This document shows, piece by piece, positions 21,981 to 31,886 of a stretch of 64,000 nt of DNA. Position 1 is the first letter of the stretch. Each line of letters opens with the position of its first letter. The position numbers were made by a program, and so were the translations under genes. This DNA comes from Candidatus Nanoarchaeia archaeon. GTDB lineage: Archaea; Nanobdellota; Nanobdellia; Woesearchaeales; GW2011-AR4. The stretch is taken from contig DATDZA010000018.1 in NCBI GenBank assembly GCA_035288865.1, positions 10,065 to 74,064 on the forward strand, written 5' to 3'. The notes beneath the pieces are model-generated. The model was not told the origin of the DNA, ran no database searches, and saw only the letters and a program-made list of their open reading frames with translations.

Positions 21981-23708
21981 ATGCTTATAGAAATATTTAA
22001 AACAAAAGTGCAGTTAAATAGCATTATTCTTTTTCTAGTTATTATTGTAATCTTAAATGTTGCAAGAGCCAATGAATGGACAGAATTTGGAGGAAATTTT
22101 AATGGAACCCATTACGTTCCTAATATTAGCAACGATAATTATGATTGGACCAATTTTAATATCTCAATAGGACAAGACCAAGAAATTTCAGTTGGCAATT
22201 TTGTAGGAGATTCTTCTATGGAAGCATTAATCTGGAATAACTCCAATTACAGGCTTTTTTTAATAAATTTGACTAATAGCGGCTCAATTATCCAGCAATT
22301 TAACATTAATGCCGCTTTATTAGGGGAGCCAACCGTTTTCAAAAGCAAATATTATGCTATTGTAAAAAGTAATATAGATACTAACAGCTATTTTTATGAA
22401 ATCAAGTTTAGTGAAAGCACATACAACGTAACTTATAATTTTAGCTTTGGAGATTCAAGTTTTGGAGTGCAAGTTGGCGTAAGATGTGCAACCACTAATG
22501 GCACTGATTATTGTATTTTTATTGATATTAACAATACAATATATCGTGTAGATGTTTCCAATAAGACATATACAAAATTTAAAAATGACTTTCTTGTACC
22601 TTTTGACTTAAGAGTTATGAAAAGAGTTCCAGCCTTAGCCGATATACAACAAGACGGCGGTCTAGATGCCATATTTACTTATACGAGCAATGACACTAGA
22701 TCTCCAGTAACTGTACAAACAGCTTCAATCTTTGTTTATGATATCCCAGCAAATGCGTCAAATAATGGATTTAATGGTAATGGACATGCTTTTGCATTAG
22801 ATGCAGGAACAAACGTACTTAACATTACACCAGCTTTCGTACATAAGTATAACAACCAAGACAATAGATTAGATATTACAACTGCAGCGCAAACAAATAA
22901 TCCTGAGTTAGTTATTTTTGATGCAAATGGAACTCGTTTATTTTACAGACATTCAAGCAATAACAGAGATTATACTACCATTCCTGTTTTATCAAATTGT
23001 AATTTTGACGGTCAATCAAGACTTGGAGTGCAATTTTTTACAGGTGAAGCTTCGTTATTTGATAATAGCTATCAGATGTTTTGGATACATCCTAATTTGA
23101 GCAGCGATTTTTCTGAACTAGGTCCAAGTGCAGGTGGAACTAACATAGAATCTTTTATAAAACAAACGCAAAGCATGGTAGCAGCCGACTTTAATGGAGA
23201 TGGGCAAAGCGAGCTTCTGTTTAGCTTTAGTAGATATGATAACGGGGCAACAACTTTATCTATAGTAAACTGCTCAAACTCCACTCATATTCTAAAAAAT
23301 TTGACAGGAATTGATAGCAACAAGCTAAGATACCATAACATAGTTGTTGATTTTGATAATGACGGAAGAAATGATATAATATTGACTACAGAAGGAAAAA
23401 CTTTGGTATTCAGGTCTAATCTTTTTGCTGATTTGGAAATAGTCAGCATCACTCCAGTTCAAGTCATTCCAGATGTAGACATGGTTCTTGGAAAGACTGG
23501 ATTGGTCAGAGTTAATGTTCGTAACAATGGCAATATAAACGCCAATGGGACGGTTACCATCACTTTCGAAGGAAACCAGCTTATTCAGTGGCAAGGTGAT
23601 AACAACACGAAACAAATCAATTCAAGCCTAACTGAGAATTTTGATTTTAGCTTTAGGCCAACAATGGCTGGAACGCAGATGTTTAGTACGAATGTGAGTA
23701 TTAGTTAA
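21981..23708 (+). CDS. secreted surface protein with FG-GAP/VCBS-like repeats and C-terminal CARDB-like domain
   Basis: Signal peptide. DFNGDGQSELLF and VDFDNDGRNDIIL match FG-GAP/VCBS repeats. A C-terminal β-sandwich segment (VRVNVRNNGN...TVTITFEG) looks CARDB-like. Many sequons. Confidence 0.45.
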   Translation: MLIEIFKTKVQLNSIILFLVIIVILNVARANEWTEFGGNFNGTHYVPNISNDNYDWTNFNISIGQDQEISVGNFVGDSSMEALIWNNSNYRLFLINLTNSGSIIQQFNINAALLGEPTVFKSKYYAIVKSNIDTNSYFYEIKFSESTYNVTYNFSFGDSSFGVQVGVRCATTNGTDYCIFIDINNTIYRVDVSNKTYTKFKNDFLVPFDLRVMKRVPALADIQQDGGLDAIFTYTSNDTRSPVTVQTASIFVYDIPANASNNGFNGNGHAFALDAGTNVLNITPAFVHKYNNQDNRLDITTAAQTNNPELVIFDANGTRLFYRHSSNNRDYTTIPVLSNCNFDGQSRLGVQFFTGEASLFDNSYQMFWIHPNLSSDFSELGPSAGGTNIESFIKQTQSMVAADFNGDGQSELLFSFSRYDNGATTLSIVNCSNSTHILKNLTGIDSNKLRYHNIVVDFDNDGRNDIILTTEGKTLVFRSNLFADLEIVSITPVQVIPDVDMVLGKTGLVRVNVRNNGNINANGTVTITFEGNQLIQWQGDNNTKQINSSLTENFDFSFRPTMAGTQMFSTNVSIS

Positions 23709-23734
23709 AAATGTTTTATGCAAGGTGATAAATT

Positions 23735-24106
23735 ATGAAAATTGCCGAAGAAAAAAGATATTTTAGTTATAAGAAATTCTTAATTGAATTTTTTAGACCA
23801 ACAAAATGGAAAATTATCTTAACTGCATTTTTTTCTCTATTAGTACTTCTAATATCTATTGGTATACCCTTACCTATATTAAGTAAGAGAGTCTATTTTA
23901 CTGATAGTTCTAAAATAGATCTCAACCCAATCCTTTACATGCCTATTAGTGCAATCTTAGAAACTTTTTCCATAAATATAAACTTTGGCAGTTTAGGCTT
24001 TTATATTTACATCTTATTACTACTTTTATATTATTATATAATTGCATCATTAAGTATTTTTATTTGTAGAATAGTTGTGAATTATTTAAAAAATGCAAGC
24101 AAATAA
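23735..24106 (+). CDS. hypothetical small membrane protein
   Basis: ORF with three hydrophobic helices. Confidence 0.3.
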   Translation: MKIAEEKRYFSYKKFLIEFFRPTKWKIILTAFFSLLVLLISIGIPLPILSKRVYFTDSSKIDLNPILYMPISAILETFSININFGSLGFYIYILLLLLYYYIIASLSIFICRIVVNYLKNASK

Positions 24107-26369
24107 AAGAAGTTTAATGTCGTTTTGTATATTTATAATGGTTTCGTACAGTGCATTAGGTATAGTAGATACTAATCCATCTAACAATTTTAAAAATATA
24201 ACTATAAGTGTTGCCACAACGCAGAAATTAGAGTTAACTTTCATCCCAATAGATAATCCGCTTGATTTTAATGTTACCGTTTTAGATTTCATAAAATTTT
24301 TTAATGCAACTTACCCAGTAGCAGATAATTACTTGACATTTACTTATGGTAAACCTTACGCAAGTCTACCAGAGGAAAAAAGTGACTTAGATAGGTTATT
24401 ATCTAAATTAGCAAGACGGGGAATACTAAGTTATAAGAGAACTATCGGTGTAGTTCCGAAATATTGGTTTAAGAACTATACAGTTTTAGCAACAGCTGAT
24501 GGGTATACCTTAGTTCAACATGGTATCGTGCTGTTTCCTGGTGGTATTGCCGAAGCAAGGAACCAAAGGCATATAGCCGCACATGAGATTGGGCATACTT
24601 TTGGATTGTGTGACGAGCACTCTTCAAGTTACTGGAATTCTCAGAATAAAATAGCAGCGGTGCCTGGCTTTTGTCCAAATGGCGATGTGGATAATAACGA
24701 AGTTTTAGATTCAAATTGTGAGCCTTTAGGTTGTGCTACATCCACAATAAATAGAGTAATACCCTGGATTAACTCTACTGGGGAGGTTAATTTATACAAT
24801 CTTATGGGTAGTGCCGACCAAGACTCTGCATGGATTTCCAATGAGAGTTATCTACATTTATTAAACAAATTCAAACAAAATTCTTTGATTGCTGTAACTG
24901 GACTAGTTTTGAGTGGGATAATTAATAAATCAAGTGAAGCTATAGACGTATATCCTTCTTATATAATCAACAATGTTGAAATAACACAACCAAATACAAC
25001 AGTGAATGGAAATTATTCAATAGAGATTCTAGATAATGATAGCCAAGTAACTTCAAAAATTAATTTTACTCCATCATTTTTAGATGTGGGTTTTAATGGA
25101 AGTAGTATTGAGACAAATATAATTTATTTCATTGTTGTCATGAACTTTTCTTCAAACAATAAAGGTTTCAGGATTAAAAATAATGATGTGGTGAAAAAAG
25201 AAATAAACAAAACGCCCAATACCCCCTCACTCAACCTTACCTTTCCCTTCGGCAACGAAGTTGTTTCCAACAAAATGAATATTACTTATAATTCTTCTGA
25301 TTCTGATGGGGATATCCCAAATTACGCAATCTTAATATCATCAGATAACGGAAGTTCATATTCAACCCTAGACATAGATGTAGTAAACAAATCTTTTTTC
25401 GTAAACACATCCGATTTGCCCGAGGGCAAAAATTACTTAGTAAAAGTCTTAGCAACAGACGGAATCAACACAAACACAACGGTTTCTGAAAATACTTTTG
25501 AGATTGATAATGATTTGAGAATAACAAATTTAACAACGCTAAATCAAAACAGCACTAAGGAAATATTTTATTATGAAACCAAGAACACTTTAGAAACTCC
25601 TTTAACAAATGTTTCTGAACAATTGAATACAGGCGAATCAACAGTCCAGTTCACAACAAATCATTCTTTAAACTCAAACGAAAATATTATGGTATTCGTA
25701 GCTTACGATTATAACACTACAGGAACTAAAACTTTAACAGCAACTGCAACCTCTGGCTCTTACGTTGAGATAGAATCATCAACCATAATAGTTCCAGACA
25801 TAGAAATAAAAGATTTTATGATTTTAAACCAAAGCATAACAAAAAGATTGTTTGGATTTATCATCTTAAACAACTTAAACCAGACTATAAGTAATCTGAA
25901 CTGGACTTTAAGCACTCAATTAGGAAATATCTCATTGCCGCAATTTGTTTCTTTAACATCAAATCAAAACCTGTTCAATTTCGTGTTTTATGATTTTGTA
26001 AATAAGGGAAATTATAATATAACTATAACCGCTTCAAACGGAAGCATTAATGCTTCACAAAGCATGGTAATTAAGGTTAAAGACATAAGAGTGGATAATT
26101 TAACAGTTGCATTTGACAACAACACAAACAAGATATTTAATTTCATAATAAGCAATGACTGGAATTCAAGTTTGCCTGCTGTGAATTGGACATTGAATAA
26201 CAGCCAAAACATTACCATATCTAATAATTTGATAAGTCTTGTTCCGGGTGAAAATATATTGGTTTATGTCAATTCTAACTTTACATCAACTGGAAACTTT
26301 AATGTAAATGCGAGTGCAATTAACGGAACAACTTTGGATTCGGAATTGACAAGCGTTAGTGTAACTTAA
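24093..26369 (+). CDS. secreted zinc metallopeptidase (metzincin-like) with three C-terminal Ig-like repeats
   Basis: Signal peptide. Zinc-binding HEIGHTFGLCDEH (HExxHxxGLxDEh, as in M6/M7/M64-type metzincins). The C-terminal third is three ~95-aa sequon-dense repeats. Confidence 0.6.
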   Translation: MQANKRSLMSFCIFIMVSYSALGIVDTNPSNNFKNITISVATTQKLELTFIPIDNPLDFNVTVLDFIKFFNATYPVADNYLTFTYGKPYASLPEEKSDLDRLLSKLARRGILSYKRTIGVVPKYWFKNYTVLATADGYTLVQHGIVLFPGGIAEARNQRHIAAHEIGHTFGLCDEHSSSYWNSQNKIAAVPGFCPNGDVDNNEVLDSNCEPLGCATSTINRVIPWINSTGEVNLYNLMGSADQDSAWISNESYLHLLNKFKQNSLIAVTGLVLSGIINKSSEAIDVYPSYIINNVEITQPNTTVNGNYSIEILDNDSQVTSKINFTPSFLDVGFNGSSIETNIIYFIVVMNFSSNNKGFRIKNNDVVKKEINKTPNTPSLNLTFPFGNEVVSNKMNITYNSSDSDGDIPNYAILISSDNGSSYSTLDIDVVNKSFFVNTSDLPEGKNYLVKVLATDGINTNTTVSENTFEIDNDLRITNLTTLNQNSTKEIFYYETKNTLETPLTNVSEQLNTGESTVQFTTNHSLNSNENIMVFVAYDYNTTGTKTLTATATSGSYVEIESSTIIVPDIEIKDFMILNQSITKRLFGFIILNNLNQTISNLNWTLSTQLGNISLPQFVSLTSNQNLFNFVFYDFVNKGNYNITITASNGSINASQSMVIKVKDIRVDNLTVAFDNNTNKIFNFIISNDWNSSLPAVNWTLNNSQNITISNNLISLVPGENILVYVNSNFTSTGNFNVNASAINGTTLDSELTSVSVT
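25510..26366 (+). repeat. three tandem ~285-nt intragenic repeats encoding sequon-dense β-sandwich modules
   Basis: Protein segments starting ITNLTTLNQNS..., IKDFMILNQSIT... and VDNLTVAFDNNT... share a NLT/NxS-rich pattern. Confidence 0.45.
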
Positions 26370-26418
26370 ATGACTTCAAACAGCTAAATTTATAAACCAT
26401 CTTCCTAAATTAAGCATT

Positions 26419-27612
26419 ATGAAAACAGCGTTAGTTTTAACATCAACTTTCCCAAGATGGAAGAATGACACAACTCCAAGATTTGTTTATGAACTAAGCG
26501 ACAGGCTGGCAGAGATGGGAACAAAAATAATAGTTATGGCTCCGCATGCTGATGGGGCTCTGAAGCAGGAAAATATAGAGCACGTTGATATTCACAGGTT
26601 TCGATATTTTTATCCGTATAAATTACAGAAGCTGGCTTACGGCGCTGGAATTATTCCTAATTTTAAAAGAAGCTTTGCAGCCAAGCTAAACGTTCCATTT
26701 TTTCTTTTGTCGGAATATTTTTCAGCCAGTAGATTAATTAAGCAGGAAAATCCTGACATTATTCATGCGCATTGGCTCATACCTCAGGGAATTATAGGCG
26801 CAATGCTGAAAAACAAGAAAACTAAACTTATTGTGACAGTCCACGGAAGCGATTTGTTTCCGCTGAAGAATTTTATTTTCAGGTTTTTGCAGAGAAATGT
26901 TTTAAAGAAAGCAGATTTCTGCACGGTGAACAGCGAAGCTACATGGAATGAATTGGTCAAAAGATTTCCGGAATACCAATCTAAAGTGAAATTAATTCCC
27001 ATGGGAGTTGACACAGACTTATTTGTCCGTAAAGATGTCAAATCCAAATTCAGGCAATACAAAAATAAAAAAATCATTCTTTATGTAGGCCGGCTGAACG
27101 AGCAGAAAGGCATAGGCTATCTGATTAAATCATTGCCAACAGTAAATAAAAAAATATCAAATTCAAGATTACTTATTATAGGGGAGGGAGCGTACAAAAA
27201 AGAACTTCAAAAGCTTGTGGATTCATTAAATCTGGAGAATGTAGAATTTCTTGGCTCAATTCCACACAAAAATCTTGTTGATTACTATAATCTTGCCGAT
27301 GTTTTTGTATTGCCGGCGGTGACAAGCAGGATTGGAACAGAAGGGCAAGGCCTTGTTTTGGCTGAAGCAATGGCATGTGGGGCCTGCGTAATTGGCACAG
27401 AAACAGGTGGCATCAAGTTTCTGATAAAAAACAATCAAAATGGACTATTGGTCAAGGAAAAAGATGAATCTCATCTGGCAGATAGCATTATTCAAGTTTT
27501 AAGCGACAATAAATTAAAGAAAAAATTATCAAAGAACGGAATTCAATTTGTAAAGAAAAATTATTCGTGGGGCACCATTGTCAGGAAATTTAATAATTTA
27601 TACAATAGCTAA
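26419..27612 (+). CDS. family 4 (GT-B) glycosyltransferase
   Basis: EGQGLVLAEAMACGACVIGTETGG (E-x7-E region) and the GT4 N-terminal domain. Confidence 0.8.
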   Translation: MKTALVLTSTFPRWKNDTTPRFVYELSDRLAEMGTKIIVMAPHADGALKQENIEHVDIHRFRYFYPYKLQKLAYGAGIIPNFKRSFAAKLNVPFFLLSEYFSASRLIKQENPDIIHAHWLIPQGIIGAMLKNKKTKLIVTVHGSDLFPLKNFIFRFLQRNVLKKADFCTVNSEATWNELVKRFPEYQSKVKLIPMGVDTDLFVRKDVKSKFRQYKNKKIILYVGRLNEQKGIGYLIKSLPTVNKKISNSRLLIIGEGAYKKELQKLVDSLNLENVEFLGSIPHKNLVDYYNLADVFVLPAVTSRIGTEGQGLVLAEAMACGACVIGTETGGIKFLIKNNQNGLLVKEKDESHLADSIIQVLSDNKLKKKLSKNGIQFVKKNYSWGTIVRKFNNLYNS

Positions 27613-28672
27613 GATGAAAAAATTAAAAATTGGATTGTATAATATGTTGAACATACCTTTAGGAAAGAGATCCCTGAAACTAATGTCAAAATCAGTTTAC
27701 GTTAAAAATCTTAAAGGCAATAATAAATCAACAAATAAAAGTAGTCCAAAAATCAAACACAAAAAATTCCTGATATCAATAACGATAGATACCGAATCTG
27801 GTTATGTAAAGAAAAATAATGAAAGAGTTTGGCAAAAAGAGAATCCGAAGGCTTACATCGGTTATTATAAAGGAATTGAAAACTGGAGGAATTTATTAAA
27901 CAGATACAATGCAAAAGCCACTTTTTTCTTATCTACAAACTGCTTTAGCGCCAAAAATTCAGAATTAAATAAAATCAACAATCAGTTAAAATCATTATTA
28001 AAAGAAAATCATGAAATTGGGCTGCATCTGCATCCTGACAGTGATTTGGCTTTGCAAAAAGAACTGAACAAGGAATTTGAATATACTAGCTCTAAATTTT
28101 ATAATAAAAAGGAAATAAATAAATTGATTTCAACTTCAAGGAAAATAATTAAAAATAATTTAAAAATTAATCCAACAAGCTTCAGATGGGGGAATTGGGC
28201 ATTGAATACCGATGCTGCAAAAGCACTGCAGGAGAATGGATTTAAAGTTGACAGCTCTGCAACGCCGGGAATTAAAGGGCATTTAAAAGATGGAATGCAT
28301 TTTGATTGGTCTAAAACAGATGAGCATTACCTTTGGAAACTGTCATTAAATAATTATCAGGACACTAAAACTCAAAATTCTAAAATTCTTGAGATTCCGA
28401 TTGCTACATTTAATTTCATGGGTAAGACATTAAGAGCAGATCCAGTTTATTCTGAATTATTAAAAGCAGCTTTTAATTATTATTATAAAAATGCTGACCG
28501 GTCAAAGAAACCATTTGTTTTTGTTGTTATATCCCACAGCATCGAGGCAACGCATGAAGATGGGAGCATTACTCAAGTTATTAAGGACACTGAGGAATTT
28601 ATCAAGCATTGCAAGAAGTTTAAGGAAGTTGAGTTTGTGACGGTAGATGAGGCTTATAAAAAAATTAAATAA
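27578..28672 (+). CDS. polysaccharide-deacetylase-like (CE4-like) protein with Lys-rich N-terminal extension
   Basis: ISITIDTESG (TFDDG-like), HEIGLHLHP (HxxxH) and FRWGNW resemble CE4 motifs. The real start may lie downstream of the overlap. Confidence 0.35.
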   Translation: MSGNLIIYTIAKMKKLKIGLYNMLNIPLGKRSLKLMSKSVYVKNLKGNNKSTNKSSPKIKHKKFLISITIDTESGYVKKNNERVWQKENPKAYIGYYKGIENWRNLLNRYNAKATFFLSTNCFSAKNSELNKINNQLKSLLKENHEIGLHLHPDSDLALQKELNKEFEYTSSKFYNKKEINKLISTSRKIIKNNLKINPTSFRWGNWALNTDAAKALQENGFKVDSSATPGIKGHLKDGMHFDWSKTDEHYLWKLSLNNYQDTKTQNSKILEIPIATFNFMGKTLRADPVYSELLKAAFNYYYKNADRSKKPFVFVVISHSIEATHEDGSITQVIKDTEEFIKHCKKFKEVEFVTVDEAYKKIK

Positions 28673-29539
28673 CTATTTCTTTCCTTTTCCCATCATCGCA
28701 ACATAATAATGGTAGATTGTATTGCCTTTGTAATGCACTATAAAAGAAATGATCTGAATTAAGACAGAAACGCTTCCGTATATCATTAAGTACCAATAAA
28801 GCATCGAGTATTTAGGCAATGCATTCCAGTAATAATTGTTTAATGTTTCCAATAAAACTAAGATGTTAATGTGGATTATGTTAAAAGGGGCGCCCCAGAA
28901 TTCCTTAATAAAATCATAAGTATGATATAATTTTGCTCCTGTTTCTGTTGAGCCGCCTTCAACATTTGGGCTCTTTCCGACTATTGAAGAGTATTTTTTT
29001 AATTTTTCGTCACTTCTGTTATTTTTTCTGTCTCTTATTGCATTCTTGACTACTGCAGACTTTATGGCTGACAGAACAGTTGACCTTGAAAATACTCCGC
29101 ACAGAAATCCGAAAATTACTGCTGACTTGTAGCCAGTTGCTAGAAATATCCCAAAACCCAAACTGAAAAAAATTAATGGGACTGACAATTCATGATAATA
29201 TTGCTCCAGAAAAGTTCCCATCATGCTTCCTTCTTTCCTGTACCGTGCGACTTCACCGTTAACGTTGTCTAAAATAACTGTGAAATGAATTATTAAAATT
29301 CCTATTAACATTAATTTTAATGTTCCAAATGTCATGAAAGCTGAACCCAGGATAGCCAATAAAATCATGCCAATCGTAATCATGTCCGCACTTATTGGGG
29401 TGTATAAAAGCAATTTAGTGACGTAAATAGAAATTTTCATGGTCACCCATTCCATGTACAATGGTCTTCTGCTTTTTGAATCCTTGTAGCAGATTTCCCT
29501 TAGTTCTTTTATGGATTCTACCATTGTAATTAAAGTCAA
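28673..29539 (-). CDS. CDP-alcohol phosphotransferase-family membrane protein (variant motif)
   Basis: LDNVNGEVARYRKEGSMMGTFLEQYYHE approximates DG(x)2AR(x)8G(x)3D(x)3D, with terminal E/H substitutions. Multi-TM. Confidence 0.45.
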   Translation of the reverse strand: MTLITMVESIKELREICYKDSKSRRPLYMEWVTMKISIYVTKLLLYTPISADMITIGMILLAILGSAFMTFGTLKLMLIGILIIHFTVILDNVNGEVARYRKEGSMMGTFLEQYYHELSVPLIFFSLGFGIFLATGYKSAVIFGFLCGVFSRSTVLSAIKSAVVKNAIRDRKNNRSDEKLKKYSSIVGKSPNVEGGSTETGAKLYHTYDFIKEFWGAPFNIIHINILVLLETLNNYYWNALPKYSMLYWYLMIYGSVSVLIQIISFIVHYKGNTIYHYYVAMMGKGKK

Positions 29540-29550
29540 GAATAGGATAT

Positions 29551-30426
29551 TTAAAGGTATCTTTTAAGATTTATGTGATTTCTTAGATTCTTTAGTACCG
29601 AATAAGGAATTTTCAGCTTTCCTAAAACCTGGTCGGGCCGTCCGTGAAAATCCGAGCCGCCGGTTTCCAATATATTTTTTTCTTTTACGATTTTTCTGAA
29701 TTCGCTGATTGTTTTTGCATTTGCCCTTTTTCCGGTGTGGTATCTTGATGTTTCATAAGAATAATATGTTTCAATCCCATCACCGCCATTTTTCAGGAAG
29801 TAGTCAATGAATTTGTCTATGTTAAAATTATTATAAACTCCCGGGTGCGAAATAAAAACCAAGCCATTTGCCGCATGAACTGCCTTTATCGCTTCTTTTA
29901 TGCTTATTTTATTTCTTCGTTCAACATAAGCTAATTTTCCGACTGACAAATATTTGTCAAAGGCTTCATCAAATGAATTTACTTTATCAGGATTATTTTT
30001 TATTATTATTTTTGCGATATGGGGCCTTCCAATTTCTCCTTTTGCTATTGCCTTTACCTCATCAAATGTTATCTTAAATCCCAGTTTCCTGAATTTAGTT
30101 ATTATTTCTTTTTTTTGCCTCTCTCTGCAAGTTCGCGCTTTTTTTATTAAAGACTTAAGTGTTTTGTTTTTGTGATTGATAAATAAACCCAAGATGTGCG
30201 TATCAACATAGCCTTTGTCGTCGCAGCTTATTTCGACTCCCGGAACTATTTCAATATTTTTTCCTTTAGCCGCTATTATTGCCTCATCAATTCCGTTGAA
30301 AGAGTCATGGTCCGTTATTGCGATTGCGCTGAGGTTTTTTTTTATAGCGAGTTCAACAAGCTTTCTTGGAGAAAGCTTACCGTCTGATGCTGTAGTGTGG
30401 CACTGCAAGTCTATATTTTTCATCAT
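29551..30426 (-). CDS. PHP-domain phosphoesterase (TrpH/YciV family; pAp phosphatase or RNase AM-like)
   Basis: IDLQCHTTASDGKLSP...AIAITDHDS N-terminal PHP metal-binding motifs, further His motifs (ISHPG..., GSDFHG) and ~290-aa length. Confidence 0.75.
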   Translation of the reverse strand: MMKNIDLQCHTTASDGKLSPRKLVELAIKKNLSAIAITDHDSFNGIDEAIIAAKGKNIEIVPGVEISCDDKGYVDTHILGLFINHKNKTLKSLIKKARTCRERQKKEIITKFRKLGFKITFDEVKAIAKGEIGRPHIAKIIIKNNPDKVNSFDEAFDKYLSVGKLAYVERRNKISIKEAIKAVHAANGLVFISHPGVYNNFNIDKFIDYFLKNGGDGIETYYSYETSRYHTGKRANAKTISEFRKIVKEKNILETGGSDFHGRPDQVLGKLKIPYSVLKNLRNHINLKRYL

Positions 30427-30429
30427 GGA

Positions 30430-30960
30430 TTATAAAATAATTTTAGATTTAATTACTTTCAGCAATTTACCTACAGATTCCTCGACTGACTCCCTGTCAG
30501 TATTAAGCGTCAAGTCCGGATTTTTAGGCTCTTCATATTTTGAAGAAGTGCTCAAGAAATTCTCAAATCCCTTTTCCTTTCTTTTGGCTTTCTTGTAATG
30601 CCCTTTTACATCCCTTTGTCTGCATATCTCGAGCGGGCATTTTACATGGACTAAAAGCATTTTTTTCAGAATACTCTTTGCGTATTCCCTTGAGCTTTCT
30701 GTAGGTGAAGCAACAGATGCTATAACAAGAACTCCATTTTTAGATATTATTCTGCATATTCCGGCTACTCTTTTCATGTGCTTATTTCTTTCTTCAACTG
30801 TGTATCCCAAATCAGAGGAAACAGTTTTTCTTATTTCATCTCCATCTACAATCACAACACTAATCTTATCATGCCTTAGCTTGTCTGCCAGCCCGGAAGC
30901 AATGGTTGACTTTCCAGCTCCGTGATGGCCTGTAAACCATATTGTCCAAGATTCTTTCAT
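30430..30960 (-). CDS. cysC: adenylyl-sulfate (APS) kinase
   Basis: FTGHHGAGKST (P-loop), VDGDEIRK and GFENFLSTSSKYEEPKNPDLTLNT, matching the CysC signature GFTGIDSPYEAPENPEL. Confidence 0.85.
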   Translation of the reverse strand: MKESWTIWFTGHHGAGKSTIASGLADKLRHDKISVVIVDGDEIRKTVSSDLGYTVEERNKHMKRVAGICRIISKNGVLVIASVASPTESSREYAKSILKKMLLVHVKCPLEICRQRDVKGHYKKAKRKEKGFENFLSTSSKYEEPKNPDLTLNTDRESVEESVGKLLKVIKSKIIL

Positions 30961-31844
30961 TTTCCTGCCGATTTGTTTCTTGTTTTAACTGCTTTTTTAA
31001 GGTTTTCCAAAATGTTTTCAGGTATCTGTATTTCTCCCAAAGTTGACCTGTACATATCATGGTGGTCATTCCCGCCGCTTTCGAGCAGGTTTTTTGATTT
31101 TACAATTTTTTTATAAAATTTATTTAATTGTTCATTACCATCCCTGTCAATTTTAAGCTCAGGGCATACTATGTGGTACGGGTAATAAGTTTCTATGCCG
31201 TCGCCGCCACTGGCAATAAAATGATCAACAAGCTTTAATGAATGTTCTCTTGGATAAATGCCCGGATGGGCAAGTATAGCCAATCCTTTTGCCTGCTTTA
31301 TTATCCTTATTGCATCTGCTACAGATACTCTGCTCTCAGTCTTTACAAAAGCTTTTTTCCCTCTTCCAATAAGTTTGTCAAAAACATCCCTCACAGAAGA
31401 GAATTTATCAGGATACTTTTTGATAAGGTATTTTGCAATATGCGGCCTTCCAAAAGTTCCGCCAACAGTTTTTTTTACATCGCTGTAAGTTATCTTGTAT
31501 CCTAAATACCTTAATTTTCCAATTATGAGCTTTTTGTTTTCCTCTCTTTTGAAATTTATGTGTTTAATTAGATTTAGAAGTTCTTTATTCTTATAATCTA
31601 TAAATAATCCAAGCACATCTATCTTTTCATAAGAAAAAAGCGGGTCATCACAGCTGAGCTCCACACCAGGGATTATTTCTATGTTTTTTCCTTTAGAGTA
31701 TTCTATGGCTTTTCTTAATGATCCAACAGAATCATGATCGGTAATTGCAATAGCGCTTAACTTCTTTTTTATCGCCAGCTCTATCAATTCCTCCGGGGAT
31801 AGTTCTCCGTCAGAGGCTGTTGTATGGCTTTGCAGGTCTATCAT
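30957..31844 (-). CDS. PHP-domain phosphoesterase (paralog of 29551..30426)
   Basis: MIDLQSHTTASDGELSP...AIAITDHDS. Collinear with the other PHP paralog. Overlaps cysC by 4 nt. Confidence 0.75.
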   Translation of the reverse strand: MIDLQSHTTASDGELSPEELIELAIKKKLSAIAITDHDSVGSLRKAIEYSKGKNIEIIPGVELSCDDPLFSYEKIDVLGLFIDYKNKELLNLIKHINFKREENKKLIIGKLRYLGYKITYSDVKKTVGGTFGRPHIAKYLIKKYPDKFSSVRDVFDKLIGRGKKAFVKTESRVSVADAIRIIKQAKGLAILAHPGIYPREHSLKLVDHFIASGGDGIETYYPYHIVCPELKIDRDGNEQLNKFYKKIVKSKNLLESGGNDHHDMYRSTLGEIQIPENILENLKKAVKTRNKSAGK

Positions 31845-31886
31845 TTTAGGTAATGGAAGTCAGTAACTATTTCACATTATTTCTTA

